NCBI GenBank assembly: GCA_963707025.1
Contig: CAVPOM010000015.1
Location: 160,001 to 224,000, forward strand
Origin: an uncultured Verrucomicrobiae bacterium
Lineage (GTDB): Bacteria > Verrucomicrobiota > Verrucomicrobiia > Limisphaerales > Palsa-1400
Length of the DNA stretch: 64,000 bases
Reading direction: 5' to 3'
Under the pieces are notes generated by a model, which was not told where the DNA came from, did not search any database, and worked only from the letters and a program-made list of their open reading frames with translations. The translations under genes and the position numbers were made by a program. Shown one piece after another: positions 10,121-22,147 of the stretch. The first letter of the stretch is position 1. The number at the start of each line of letters is the position of its first letter.

Positions 10121-11714
10121 CTATGGCCGCACGGCCAGTTGGCGGAAGGTTTGCGGGAGGCGTGACCTCGCCCACATCACTATAAAAAGATCCAGCAGCA
10201 GAGCAGGGAATAGCGCCGCTATCATGGGCCACCTTGTCCAGTCGCCCCTGGCCCAGACGAATGCGATGGAAGGGGTTGCCACACTGATGATCATGCGCGT
10301 TATCAACCAGGGAACCAACAGCACCAGACTCAGGCTGCCCAGAATGGCGCGGATGCGGCCTCTGCATTTGAGGCCGAGCCACATCCCGGCCCAGGCCAGG
10401 GCTGCGGCATCGGCCAGGAGGAAGAGCATCGGTGGCCAGTAACCAAGCGTGACCGGATGCCATCCAAAGTAGGTTTCGGGCCTGTGTATCTCCATGCAAA
10501 ATTCCCAAGCCAGCACCAGCGCGATGGGGCCGGCGAATTGTTTGACCAGCGCCAGCCATTGGCCGTGGATGATCTGGCGCGCGCTTAGTGGTGTGGCCAA
10601 CAGAGCTTCAAAGGTGTTGTTGCTGCGGTCTTCCGTGAAACGGCGAGCCGCTTCCGCCGCAATCCAGATTTTCAGCGGGACATGCAGAACAAAAATCGTG
10701 GCCGTCACCGCACCTTCGTCCGCCATCACTCCCATTCCGTACTGCAATGCGCCGATGACCCAAATGGCGAGAATGGCCAGAACGAACAACCAGACGCGCT
10801 CGGGGCTGGCTTCTTCGCCTTGCAGAGCCAGCCAGAGAAAAGGGTTGCGTTCCAGCCAGGCGCGGCCTCTTGCGGCGCGGGCCTGGGTCCGCCAGGTTGT
10901 CTTCCGGCGCCACAGGCGCGGCTTCTTCTTCGGGCCGCTTTCCTCCCACGAGTGAGGAACATGGGCGCTGGCCCGTGCGATCAAGGCCGCGGCCATCAGC
11001 CATTGCCAGAGGATGGAAAGCCAGAAGGAGTACTCCGGGAAGGGCGGGGTGGGAAACATGGTCTGGCCGATGCCGTAGAAAGGACTGATGAAGAAAGTTC
11101 TCCAGAGCCTCTGTTAGGGGAATCGCCTGGACCGCATTGTCATACCAAGCCGACAGGAGAAAGGGGAGGATGGATGCGGCCAGGAGAATGAGAACAGTGA
11201 AGAACATGGCCTTGCGTTCATTGCGGCTGTGGGTCGAAACGAAGATGCCGGCCGAGAGGGAGAGCACCATGGTGCTGAACAGAACCAGCGCCACTTTCGC
11301 AAACTGGGCAAAGGTCACGCCGCCCAGCAGGACCGGCAGGCCCAGAACGGGCAGAATGGCCAGCAGCCCATAGAGGGCGTTGAGGGAGTTGGCCGCCAAT
11401 TTTCCGCAGATCACGTCATAGCCCTTGAGATCGGTCAGGAAGAGCAGGCCCAGAGTCCCTTCCCGTTTTTCGGAACTGACGCAATCGGCGGTGGCGAGGG
11501 CGCCGATGAGGAGGCAAAAGACAAAGGCGCAAATCGTCAGGGTCATCATCATACTCTGCCCGAACTGGCTGCTGTTTTGATCCAAGCCGGAGGCTTTGAG
11601 GAACCAGATGAAAAGGCCGAGCATCACCAGCACCGCGTAGAAACGCACCCGGTAAATGGCCCGCCCCCGCGCCGCCACGCGCAATTCCCTTTCCACCACG
11701 GGGAGAACGACCAT
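10121..11714 (-). CDS. ABC-2-type exporter permease with two internal repeats (single frameshift near 11105-11112, likely assembly error)
   Basis: ORFs 10608-11714 and 10121-11059 join on removing one base. Repeated motif [16 protein letters not shown] / [16 protein letters not shown]; many transmembrane segments. Confidence 0.8.
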
Positions 11715-11717
11715 GGG

Positions 11718-13578
<1,861 letters not shown>

Positions 13579-13597
13579 CTTTGCAAGAACGGGGGAC

Positions 13598-13627
13598 AAT
13601 ATGGTGAAGGGCTGCTCTTTTCGTCAA
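13598..13627 (-). promoter_or_regulatory. Putative sigma70 promoter of rpoD
   Basis: Minus strand TTGACG-N18-CATATT. Confidence 0.4.
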
Positions 13628-13674
13628 GGCGGCAAGAAAGATTTAATTTCTCAAAAAAACATTCTCCCAGGCAT

Positions 13675-13691
13675 TTGGCACAAGGTATGCG
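13675..13691 (+). promoter_or_regulatory. Putative sigma54 (-24/-12) promoter with no obvious downstream CDS
   Basis: TTGGCACAAGGTATGC has exact GG-N10-GC spacing and is close to the TGGCACRNNNNTTGC consensus. Confidence 0.5.
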
Positions 13692-13965
13692 TGCAGGGAA
13701 TGGCGGACGGCAAATTGCGGATTGTGGATTGGAGGACAGAGCATCCGGTAACAATCCAATGGTCGTGGTCTTGTGTCGGCATCAGTTTGGCTCCTTAGGT
13801 TGCGATGGCGCTCAAATTCCGATCAGCTTAAGTTAAGCCTAACCTCAATTGGGTTAACAAGCAAGTCCGATGGCGCTGATCGCGGGCGGGGCGAAGAATA
13901 AATGCAAACTGCATGATCAGTGGCAGGATTGCGCGGATGGGGCGAGGCTCAAATCCTGCAAGACC

Positions 13966-14012
13966 TGCCCGGCAAGACGCCGGGCACGGCGGAGCAGGCC
14001 GCCCGCGCTCCC
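13966..14012. repeat. REP-like double-hairpin element downstream of mfd
   Basis: TGCCCGGC-AAGAC-GCCGGGCA perfect stem followed by GGAGC..GCCCGCGCTCCC; similar layout to 33699-33747. Confidence 0.5.
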
Positions 14013-14042
14013 GGGGAATGATCCCGGGATCATCAGGCGGCC

Positions 14043-17000
14043 CTAGAGGGAGAGCAACAATTTTTTGATCTCGTTCAGGCGGGCGGAGGGGGTGGCGCGG
14101 GTCAGGCGGGGGAATTTTCCGGAGGCCATCAGGAAATCGTTGTTGCGCGTGAGCATGAGTTTGTCGCCTTTGGTTTCGATGACCGTCACGTTCTTGTCGG
14201 CGGCAATGAGTTTGAGTTCGGCCGCTTTGAGCAGAAGCCCGGCGGAGGGCGGCAGGGGGCCGAAACGGTCGCGCAGTTCGATCTTCAGTTGGCGCAAGGC
14301 GGCGGGATCAGCGGCTTGGGCCAGTTTGCGGTAGATGTCAATGCGATGGCGGGAGTCGGCGATGTAGGTGACGGGGAAGGAGGCGATGGCCCGGGGCCTG
14401 GCCGCTTGGGGATGGCCCATTTCCGGCCCTGGAATCCAGGTGGCGACTTGGCGGGCGACTTGCATGTCCGGGGCGGAAGTTGTTCGGGAACGTTCCGGGC
14501 GGGCGGGGCGGTCCTCGCGGGGGTGGGCCAGGAAATCGAGGCGGAGCTGCACTTCGAGGCGGGGTTTGATTTTCTCGCCTTTGAGATTGCTCACGCTTTG
14601 TTGGAGCAGTTGACAGTAAAGCTCAAAGCCGACGGCGGCAATGTGGCCGCTTTGTTCGGCGCCGAGCAGGTTGCCGGCGCCGCGGATTTCCAGGTCGCGC
14701 ATGGCGATGCGGAAACCGCTGCCTAAAGTGGAGTACTGCTTGATCGCGGTGATGCGCTTGCGCGCCTCGGCGAGCAGGCCGGCATGGCGCGGCAGGAGGA
14801 GATAGGCGTAGGCCTGGTGCTTGTAACGGCCCACCCGGCCGCGCAGTTGATAGAGATCGCTCAGGCCAAAGCGGTCGGCGCGGTCTATGATGATGGTGTT
14901 GGCATTGGGAATGTCCAGGCCGCTTTCGATGATGGTGGTTGACAGCAGCACATCGGTGCGGCCGTTGACGAAGGCGGCCATGACTTCCTCCAGTTCGCCC
15001 GCTTGCATCCGGCCGTGGCCGATGGCCAGGCGGGCCTGCGGGACCAGCGCGCGCAAACGCAGACCCACCGCCTCGATGTCCAAGATGCGGTTGTGCAAAT
15101 AAAAAACCTGGCCGCCGCGGTTGAGTTCGCGCTGGATGGCCTCGCGCACGGTGCGCTCGTCGTAGGGCGCCACGATGGTCTCGACGGGCAGCCGGTCCTG
15201 GGGCGGAGTTTCCATGGTGCTCATGTCGCGCGCGCCGGCCAGCGCCAGGTAGAGAGTGCGGGGGATGGGCGTGGCGGTCAGGGTCAGCACATCCACGGTG
15301 ACGCGGAGCTGTTTGAATCTTTCCTTGTGCAGGACGCCAAAGCGCTGCTCTTCATCAATGACGACCAGTCCCAAATCTTTGAAGGCAATGTCGCGCTGCA
15401 ACAGGCGGTGCGTGCCGATGACAATGTCCACCGCGCCGGCGGCCAGTTGCCGGATGGCGCCCGCCAGTTCGCTCCGGGTGCGAAAGCGGGAGAGCAGCTC
15501 GATGCGCAGCGGATAATCGGCCATGCGTTCGCGAAAGGTGTTGAAATGTTGCTGGGCCAGGACGGTGGTGGGGGCGAGGATGGCCACTTGTTTGCCGGCC
15601 AAGGCGGCCTTGAAGGCGGCGCGGATGGCCACTTCGGTTTTGCCATAGCCGACGTCGCCGCAGATGAGCCGGTCCATGGGCCGGGGCGCTTCCATGTCCT
15701 GTTTGGTGGCGAGGATGGCGCGGTTTTGGTCGGGCGTCTCCTCATAGACGAAGCTGTTCTCAAATTCGCATTGCCAGCCGGCGTCGGGCGGGAAGGCATG
15801 GCCGGGCTGGGAAGCGCGGGCGGCCTGGATGGACAGCATTTCGCCCGCCAGGTCCCGCACGGCCTCTTCCGCCCTGGATTTGGTCCTGGCCCAGCGCGCC
15901 CCGCCCAGAGCGTTGAGCCGGGGCCGCGCCCTGCCGGAGCCGACGTATTTGCTGACCAGATGCGCTTCGCTCACCGGCACGTAAAGTTTGGGAGCCGGCG
16001 CCTCGCTGTCGCGGGAACCATATTCGATGACCAGACATTCCTCGCCGGAGACGGGGGCATGCGAGCCGGTAGGCGGGAGAAGGCGGGAAGGCATGGCCTG
16101 CAGGCCCAGGTAGCGTCCGATGCCGTGCTGGAGATGGACGACGTAATCGCCCTCCTCCAATTCGGAAAAGTTGATGTCCAACAACGACCGGCTGGTCTGG
16201 GCGTGCGGGGATTTGAGCCGGCGCGGACGTTGCACTTTGTAGCGGCCAAAGATTTCGGCGTCGGTCACGACAGCCAGTTTGGCCGCCTCAAAGAGAAAGC
16301 CGCGGGCAAGGGCGCCGGCGCGTATTTGTAATGGACTGGCGGGGCCGAGGCCGTATTCCTGCCAAACTTCCCCGAACCGCTGTTGTTCCCCGTCGTTGTT
16401 GCAAAAAATGAAGACGGCATAGTCCTGGCGCGCCCAGCGATGGATCTGCCCGAAAAACTCCTTGCGCTGCGCTTCGGCGATATGCGCCTCCGGCGGATGG
16501 TCGCCGATGGGCCGGAAAAACTCCAGGCTCTGCAACGAGAGAGCAGGCCAGTCAGGCGGGGCTGGAGGATGGAGGACGGAGGATGGCTCCGCGGAATCCG
16601 GCAGGGCGGGCGCTTCCAAGTTTTCGGAGAAGAGATTTCCCAATTCGCTTGCGCTGATGGAAAACATTCCGCGCCGCGCCATTTCGTCTTGAAATTCCTG
16701 CCAGGAAATGAGGAACGGGTTGCCGGGCGGGACCTGCGCTTCGTAAGCGCCGGCCTGTTCGCATAATCGTTCCGGTTCGCAGAGGAGAAAAATGGCGTTG
16801 GGCGGCAGATAATCGAGCAGGCTGGCGGCGGGCGGCGCGGCCTGGCCGGGGCGGGCCAGGGCCTGCTTCAACAAACCCAGCTCGCCGCCGGGCGGGATGA
16901 CGATTTCCGCGGCTTCCTCCCTGGAGATTTGGGTGAGAGGATCGAACTGGCGCAAGGATGCCAGCTCGTCGCCGAAAAATTCCAGGCGGGCGGGGAAGCG

Positions 17001-17588
17001 GCTGGTCAGGGGCCAGAGGTCAACAATACCGCCGCGCAGGGCAATATCGCCTTTGTGCGTGACCTGGGCTTCCGGCTCGTAGCCCTGGCCTTCGAGCCAT
17101 TCCATCAAATCCAGCGGGTCGGCGTGATCGCCCTTTTGCAGGCGGCGGGTGCGCCCGTCCAGTTCCGAGGGGGGCAAAGTCCTTTCCAGCAACGCGGTGA
17201 CGCTGGCGACGACCATCCTGGCTTGGGAAACCGGTTTTTGAGCGAGCGCGACCAGGGTTTCCAGGCGTTCGCTGATGACATCAACGTGGGGCAGGCGGGC
17301 TTCGTGGGGCAGGACTTCCCAGGAGGGATAAAAAAGGGAGGAGGCAGGATCAGGATTAAGACTGCGATTGGGAGATGGGAGATGGGCGAGCCAGGTTTGG
17401 ATGTCTTGCTGGAAAACTTCCTGTGTTTTCAAATTCTGGGCGACGACGATGATGGGACGGTCGGGGAACAGGGATGACAGCAGAGCGGCCAGGAATGGGT
17501 GGGCGGCGGGACTGACGGCGTCCAAAGACAAAGGTTCCCCTTTCTCCACACATTCGCGCAGGGCTTGCACGGCGGGAGATGACGCCAC
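14043..17588 (-). CDS. mfd: Transcription-repair coupling factor
   Basis: UvrB-homology module (RGGIVDLWP), RID (GDYVVHLQHGIGRY), GDVGYGKT, DEEQRFG, TATPIPRT, QLRGRVGR, C-terminal TRCF domain. Confidence 0.97.
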   Translation of the reverse strand: MASSPAVQALRECVEKGEPLSLDAVSPAAHPFLAALLSSLFPDRPIIVVAQNLKTQEVFQQDIQTWLAHLPSPNRSLNPDPASSLFYPSWEVLPHEARLPHVDVISERLETLVALAQKPVSQARMVVASVTALLERTLPPSELDGRTRRLQKGDHADPLDLMEWLEGQGYEPEAQVTHKGDIALRGGIVDLWPLTSRFPARLEFFGDELASLRQFDPLTQISREEAAEIVIPPGGELGLLKQALARPGQAAPPAASLLDYLPPNAIFLLCEPERLCEQAGAYEAQVPPGNPFLISWQEFQDEMARRGMFSISASELGNLFSENLEAPALPDSAEPSSVLHPPAPPDWPALSLQSLEFFRPIGDHPPEAHIAEAQRKEFFGQIHRWARQDYAVFIFCNNDGEQQRFGEVWQEYGLGPASPLQIRAGALARGFLFEAAKLAVVTDAEIFGRYKVQRPRRLKSPHAQTSRSLLDINFSELEEGDYVVHLQHGIGRYLGLQAMPSRLLPPTGSHAPVSGEECLVIEYGSRDSEAPAPKLYVPVSEAHLVSKYVGSGRARPRLNALGGARWARTKSRAEEAVRDLAGEMLSIQAARASQPGHAFPPDAGWQCEFENSFVYEETPDQNRAILATKQDMEAPRPMDRLICGDVGYGKTEVAIRAAFKAALAGKQVAILAPTTVLAQQHFNTFRERMADYPLRIELLSRFRTRSELAGAIRQLAAGAVDIVIGTHRLLQRDIAFKDLGLVVIDEEQRFGVLHKERFKQLRVTVDVLTLTATPIPRTLYLALAGARDMSTMETPPQDRLPVETIVAPYDERTVREAIQRELNRGGQVFYLHNRILDIEAVGLRLRALVPQARLAIGHGRMQAGELEEVMAAFVNGRTDVLLSTTIIESGLDIPNANTIIIDRADRFGLSDLYQLRGRVGRYKHQAYAYLLLPRHAGLLAEARKRITAIKQYSTLGSGFRIAMRDLEIRGAGNLLGAEQSGHIAAVGFELYCQLLQQSVSNLKGEKIKPRLEVQLRLDFLAHPREDRPARPERSRTTSAPDMQVARQVATWIPGPEMGHPQAARPRAIASFPVTYIADSRHRIDIYRKLAQAADPAALRQLKIELRDRFGPLPPSAGLLLKAAELKLIAADKNVTVIETKGDKLMLTRNNDFLMASGKFPRLTRATPSARLNEIKKLLLSL

Positions 17589-17752
17589 GACCGAAAATAT
17601 ATCGCCGGTCGCCGGAACTGACGGCTTTATGCCAACCAGTAAAGCTGGCCCCGGTCGGCGGAAAATTCAAGGGCGGCTTTTGCTGGAACATAATTGTGTC
17701 GCCTGGCCCAGGAAGAAGTGCTTGAATTTCGCCCAAACAAAACATGATTGGC

Positions 17753-19558
17753 ATGAACGCCTACCTCCTTACCGCCTGCGTCACCCGCTCTCCATCCGGC
17801 CTGGCCAATCTTGGACCAAGACGAAGTTCCTGCGCCAGCACGATTGTGTGCGCCGACGATGCGGAAGAGGCGCAAAAGCGATTTGAAGGGTGGTTACGCC
17901 TGCCACCAGAAGAGGGAAGCCCGGTGGACATCCACATCCACAAAATGGTCGTCGTGCCGTTGGTTGACCAACTGCTGACGGAAACAGAATCCGTTCCGCT
18001 GAACTGGCCGCAGATTGCGATCCAGGCGCAAATGGACCTGGAATCCATTCCCGCGGATGATTTTGAACAGGGTTACTGGGTGGACGTCAACGCCCTCCCC
18101 CCGCCCAGCATCAACCTGGAGGATTTGCGCCAGGATTTGCCGGAGGATATTCGTTCCGGCCTGAATTGGGGTGAAGACAAACAGTTCTTTTTTCTGCTCA
18201 GCGTTCTGACTCCGCCACCGCCGCCACCGCCCGAACCCTGGGAGGAACCGGCAAACGGCGCTCCCGAGGCCGCGCCAACCCCGCAAGAAACCGCTGGGGA
18301 GTCCGCCCCCGGTCTGGGAGAAGAGGAGGCCGGCTTCCCGGAACTGGCGGGCAAGGAAGCGGCCGCCCTGATTCGTGCACGGAATTCCGCCGTCGCCGCA
18401 TGGCTGTGGCGCAAACACGCCGCCGCTACCAAACTGGCCGGGCACCAAATCCGCATTGATCCGTGGTGTGGCGTGGTGGGCCTAGAAGCCAAAGGCGACC
18501 CGGACCGAGCCATCGCCGAATACACCAAAGCCATCGAACTCAGGCCGGATTTTGCATTTGCCTACCACCATCGCGGCAGTGCCAAGCAGGCCAAAGGCGA
18601 CTGGGACGGCGCCATCGCGGACTACACTAAAGCCATCGAACTCCGGCCGGATGAGGCGTTGGCCTATCTGAATCGCGCCCAATCGCTCTACACCAAAGGG
18701 GACTTGGACGGCGCCATCGCGGACTGCAGCAAAGCCATCGAACTCAAGCCCGATTATGCCAACGCCTACACCGGTCGCGGCGCTGCAAAGCAGGGCAAAG
18801 GCGATCTGGACGGAGCGATCGAGGACTACACCAAAGCCCTCCAACTCAAGCCGCTTGATGCGCTTGCCCTTCACAATCGCAGCCGTGCCAAGCTGGCCAA
18901 AGGGGATTTGGAGGGCGTTATCTCCGACGCCACCAAAGCCATCGAACTGGCGCCGGATTTTGCGGCAGCCTACCTCAACCGCGGCCTTGCCAAGAGGGCC
19001 GATGGCGACCTGGACGGCGCCATGGCGGACTACCTGAAAGCCATGGAGGCAAACCCGAATTATGCCTGGTCCTATCAAGCTCGCGGTTGCCTCCGTTATG
19101 ACGCGCAAGCATTCACGGATGCTTTGGCCGATTTTCGCAAGGTGCTGGAGCTGGATTCTTCCCTGCGAGATTATGGGCATTTCCGCCTCTGGCTGGTTCG
19201 CGCCCGGTTGGGCGAGGCGGAGGCCGCCAGTGATGAATTGCAAACTTATCTGGGCGGCCGGACCGCCGGCAAGCCGGACGACTGGGAAGCTAAAATCGGC
19301 CGCTTCCTCGCCGGACAACTGGCCGAACCGGAATTCCTGGCCGCCGCCAAAAATGCCGACCAGCAAACGGAAGCGGCACAGTTCTGCCAGGCGTATTTTT
19401 ACGCGGGCTCAAAACGCCTCTTGGCCGGCGGCGAGGCGGCGGCGGCGGATTATTTCCAAAAATCAATTGCCACGGATAAAAGGGCTTTTACCGAATACAG
19501 CAGCGCGGCGGCGGAGTTGGCATTGTTGAAAGCTCACAATCAGGTTGGTCCCGCATGA
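17753..19558 (+). CDS. Unknown N-terminal domain fused to a TPR array and an NlpI-like C-terminal helical region
   Basis: Six to seven 34-aa repeats of KGDxDGAIADYTKAIELxPD from 18491; C-terminal CQAYFYAG...EYSSAAAEL. Alternative start at 17744. Confidence 0.8.
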   Translation: MNAYLLTACVTRSPSGLANLGPRRSSCASTIVCADDAEEAQKRFEGWLRLPPEEGSPVDIHIHKMVVVPLVDQLLTETESVPLNWPQIAIQAQMDLESIPADDFEQGYWVDVNALPPPSINLEDLRQDLPEDIRSGLNWGEDKQFFFLLSVLTPPPPPPPEPWEEPANGAPEAAPTPQETAGESAPGLGEEEAGFPELAGKEAAALIRARNSAVAAWLWRKHAAATKLAGHQIRIDPWCGVVGLEAKGDPDRAIAEYTKAIELRPDFAFAYHHRGSAKQAKGDWDGAIADYTKAIELRPDEALAYLNRAQSLYTKGDLDGAIADCSKAIELKPDYANAYTGRGAAKQGKGDLDGAIEDYTKALQLKPLDALALHNRSRAKLAKGDLEGVISDATKAIELAPDFAAAYLNRGLAKRADGDLDGAMADYLKAMEANPNYAWSYQARGCLRYDAQAFTDALADFRKVLELDSSLRDYGHFRLWLVRARLGEAEAASDELQTYLGGRTAGKPDDWEAKIGRFLAGQLAEPEFLAAAKNADQQTEAAQFCQAYFYAGSKRLLAGGEAAAADYFQKSIATDKRAFTEYSSAAAELALLKAHNQVGPA

Positions 19559-19562
19559 TAGC

Positions 19563-19871
19563 CTAATCTTCTTTTTTGGCTTTGGAGGGAAGCGGCTTTT
19601 TTTTGTAGGGGGAATGCAGGTTGAAATAGATGCCGCACAAGGGACGCTCGTGCTCGGTCTGGCTCAGGATGATGGTGAGCTGGCGGTCCAGGGCGATGCC
19701 GTGGCGCAGATGCGGCCCGCGGCTGAGGTAGGTTTTGATGGCCTTGTCCATGAGGGAGACCAGGCTGGCCCGGCATTCCTCCGGCGTTTTGTCAATACAA
19801 ACAATGAATTTGTCGAAGGCCTGCAACGCCTCCGCGATCTCGTCTTCAAATGTTTCTGCAGTCAAGTCCAT
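19563..19871 (-). CDS. Small hypothetical protein (102 aa), last gene of the rplM-yggS run
   Basis: Starts 4 bp after the yggS stop on the same strand; globular composition. Confidence 0.7.
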   Translation of the reverse strand: MDLTAETFEDEIAEALQAFDKFIVCIDKTPEECRASLVSLMDKAIKTYLSRGPHLRHGIALDRQLTIILSQTEHERPLCGIYFNLHSPYKKKPLPSKAKKED

Positions 19872-19875
19872 TTTT

Positions 19876-20589
19876 TCAATCCGGGCCGTCCTCGGCCCTG
19901 GGTTTGGCCGCCCGCCGCGGTCCGAACAGGGCCGTGCCCGGCCGTATCATAGTCGCTCCTTCTTCCACCGCCACTTCAAAATCGCCGGTCATGCCCATGC
20001 TCAGATGAGGCAGGGGCGCGCCGAGGATCTTTTCGCACTCGGCTTTCAATTGGCGCAGCCGGCGGAAAACGAGGCGGACCTTTTCCGGGTCCGGGGTGAA
20101 GGGGGCCACGGTCATCAGGCCGTGGATTTCCAGTTTGGGCAGGGCGTTGATCAGCGCCAGTTCGCCGGGAAGTCTTTCCGGGGAAAAGCCAAATTTGGAG
20201 GATTCGCCCGCGAGGTTGATCTCGAGCAAAATCGGCATGGTTTTGGCAAAGTGGCCGGCCCATTTGTTGATTTCGACGGCCAGAGGCAGGCTGTCCACGC
20301 TCTGAATCATGGAGAAAAGCGCCACGGCGTCGCGGCATTTGTTGGATTGGAGATGGCCGATCAGGTGCCAGCGCAACGGGCCGGGGCATTGGCTGATCTT
20401 GGACCTGGCTTCCTGCACGCGGTTTTCCCCGAAAAGGGTGAGGCCCGCCCCGGCGGCGGCGCGGATCATTTCGGGCGGCTGGCTTTTGCTCACGGCCAGG
20501 AGGGTGACGGCGGCGGGGTCGCGCCCGGAGCGCTGGCAGGCGGCGGCGATGCGCTGGCGGACGGATTGCAGATTGGCGGCCAAATCCAT
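19876..20589 (-). CDS. yggS: Pyridoxal phosphate homeostasis protein (YggS/PLPBP)
   Basis: LLAVSKS, FGENRVQE, WHLIGHLQSNK, LSMGMTGDF, IRPGTALFG. Confidence 0.95.
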   Translation of the reverse strand: MDLAANLQSVRQRIAAACQRSGRDPAAVTLLAVSKSQPPEMIRAAAGAGLTLFGENRVQEARSKISQCPGPLRWHLIGHLQSNKCRDAVALFSMIQSVDSLPLAVEINKWAGHFAKTMPILLEINLAGESSKFGFSPERLPGELALINALPKLEIHGLMTVAPFTPDPEKVRLVFRRLRQLKAECEKILGAPLPHLSMGMTGDFEVAVEEGATMIRPGTALFGPRRAAKPRAEDGPD

Positions 20590-20599
20590 GCCGTCCCCG

Positions 20600-21661
20600 C
20601 TAACTCAGCCCGGCGGTTTCCGGGAAGCCGCACAGGAGGTTCATGCTTTGCACCGCCTGGCCGCTGGCGCCTTTGGTCAGATTGTCCAGCGCGCTGAGGA
20701 CGAGGAGGCGGCCGGTGCGCGGATCCAGACGCCAGGCGATCTCGATGACGTTGCCGCCGGTGACGTTCTTGGTGTCGGGCAGCGATTCGGCGTCGAGGAG
20801 CCGGACGAAGGGTTCGTGGGCAAAGGCGGCCTGGTAGCATCCGGCGATTTGCCGCCCCAGGGATTCCATTTCTCCTTCGCCGGCAAAGGGCTTTGCGGGT
20901 GTCAAATATAGAGTGGTCAGGATGCCGCGGTTGACCGGGATGAGATGCGGCGTGAATTGGAGGACGACCGCGGTCCCGGCGGCGGCGCTCAATTGCTCCT
21001 CGATTTCCGGCAAATGCCGGTGGCGCAGCACGCCGTAGGGGCGCGCGCTTTCATGGCATTCCACAAACAGGTAATCCATTTCCAGCTTGCGCCCGGCGCC
21101 GCTGACGCCGCTGAGCGAGTCGGCGATGATGTTATGCGGTTGGACCAGCCGGGCTTGCAGGAGCGGGATGAGCGGCAGCAAAATGCTCGTGGGATAACAG
21201 CCGGGCGCGGCGACCAGGGCGGCGTTTTTGAGCTGCGCCCGGTGGATTTCGGGCAGGCCATAAACCGATTTTTTAAGAAGCTCCGGGGCGGGATGGTCGC
21301 GCCCATAGTATTCCCTGTAAGTGGCGGGGTTTTTGAGCCTGAAATCGGCGCTCAAATCAATGACCTGGCAGCCCAGCTCCAGGAGGGGCGCGGCAAATTC
21401 GGCGGCCAGGCCATGGGGCAGGGCGAGGAAAATGACGCGGGCGGCCCGGGCCAGCAGTTCGGCCTTGGGTTCGCTGAAACGGAGGATTTGGGCGCGGGGT
21501 TGATGGGCGAATTTGGGAAAGACCCGGGCGACCGTTTGGCCGGCAAATTGGCGCGAGGTGACGGCCGCCAGCTCCACGCCGGGATGCTGCAAGAGCAGGC
21601 GCACCAACTCCTCGCCGGAATATCCGGAGGCGCCAACAATGCCAACTTTCACCGGGTTCAT
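20600..21661 (-). CDS. argC: N-acetyl-gamma-glutamyl-phosphate reductase
   Basis: GASGYSG, PGCYPT, SGVSGAGR, HRHLPEI, DNLTKGASGQA. Confidence 0.96.
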   Translation of the reverse strand: MNPVKVGIVGASGYSGEELVRLLLQHPGVELAAVTSRQFAGQTVARVFPKFAHQPRAQILRFSEPKAELLARAARVIFLALPHGLAAEFAAPLLELGCQVIDLSADFRLKNPATYREYYGRDHPAPELLKKSVYGLPEIHRAQLKNAALVAAPGCYPTSILLPLIPLLQARLVQPHNIIADSLSGVSGAGRKLEMDYLFVECHESARPYGVLRHRHLPEIEEQLSAAAGTAVVLQFTPHLIPVNRGILTTLYLTPAKPFAGEGEMESLGRQIAGCYQAAFAHEPFVRLLDAESLPDTKNVTGGNVIEIAWRLDPRTGRLLVLSALDNLTKGASGQAVQSMNLLCGFPETAGLS

Positions 21662-21696
21662 ACGATGTGATCACCGCCGCGCGGCCCGCCCATTTT

Positions 21697-21720
21697 AATC
21701 CGCCATCCGCACTCCGCAAT
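21697..21720. repeat. Short heptamer tandem repeat (AATCCGC-like, 3 copies)
   Basis: aatccgc-catccgc-actccgc-aat between rpsI and argC; reverse-orientation relative at 13714-13734. Confidence 0.5.
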
Positions 21721-21724
21721 GGAA

Positions 21725-22120
21725 TTAACGCTTGCTGTACTGGAAGCGTTTGCGGGCGCCGGGCTGGCCGTACTTCTTGCGCTCTCTCATGCGGGGATCG
21801 CGGGTGAGACAGCCGGCGGTTTTCAGGACGGACCGCAGGGCGGCGTCCACATGCAACAAGGCGCGGGCGATGCCATGGCGCACGGCGCCGGCCTGCCCGG
21901 CCGGGCCGCCCCCGGCCACATTGACATGCACATCGTATTTGGCGGTGGATTCGGTGAGGGTCAGAGGTTGAGTGGCCGCGGTGCGGAGAGATTCCAGGCC
22001 GAAATAATGCTCAAAAGGCCGTCCGTTGATGACGATTTTTCCCGAGCCGGCCGCGAGGCGGACCCGGGCCACGGCGGTTTTGCGGCGTCCGGTGCCGCGG
22101 AATTCTTTGGTCTCTGCCAT
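21725..22120 (-). CDS. rpsI: 30S ribosomal protein S9
   Basis: [33 protein letters not shown]. Confidence 0.98.
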   Translation of the reverse strand: MAETKEFRGTGRRKTAVARVRLAAGSGKIVINGRPFEHYFGLESLRTAATQPLTLTESTAKYDVHVNVAGGGPAGQAGAVRHGIARALLHVDAALRSVLKTAGCLTRDPRMRERKKYGQPGARKRFQYSKR

Positions 22121-22147
22121 GATGAAAATTGGTTGAGGATTAGAAAA

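Noticed and set aside
18491..19150. 102-bp DNA repeats as an array or DGR template/variable repeats
   Set aside because: They are in-frame 34-aa TPR units; differences are not adenine-specific and there is no reverse transcriptase.
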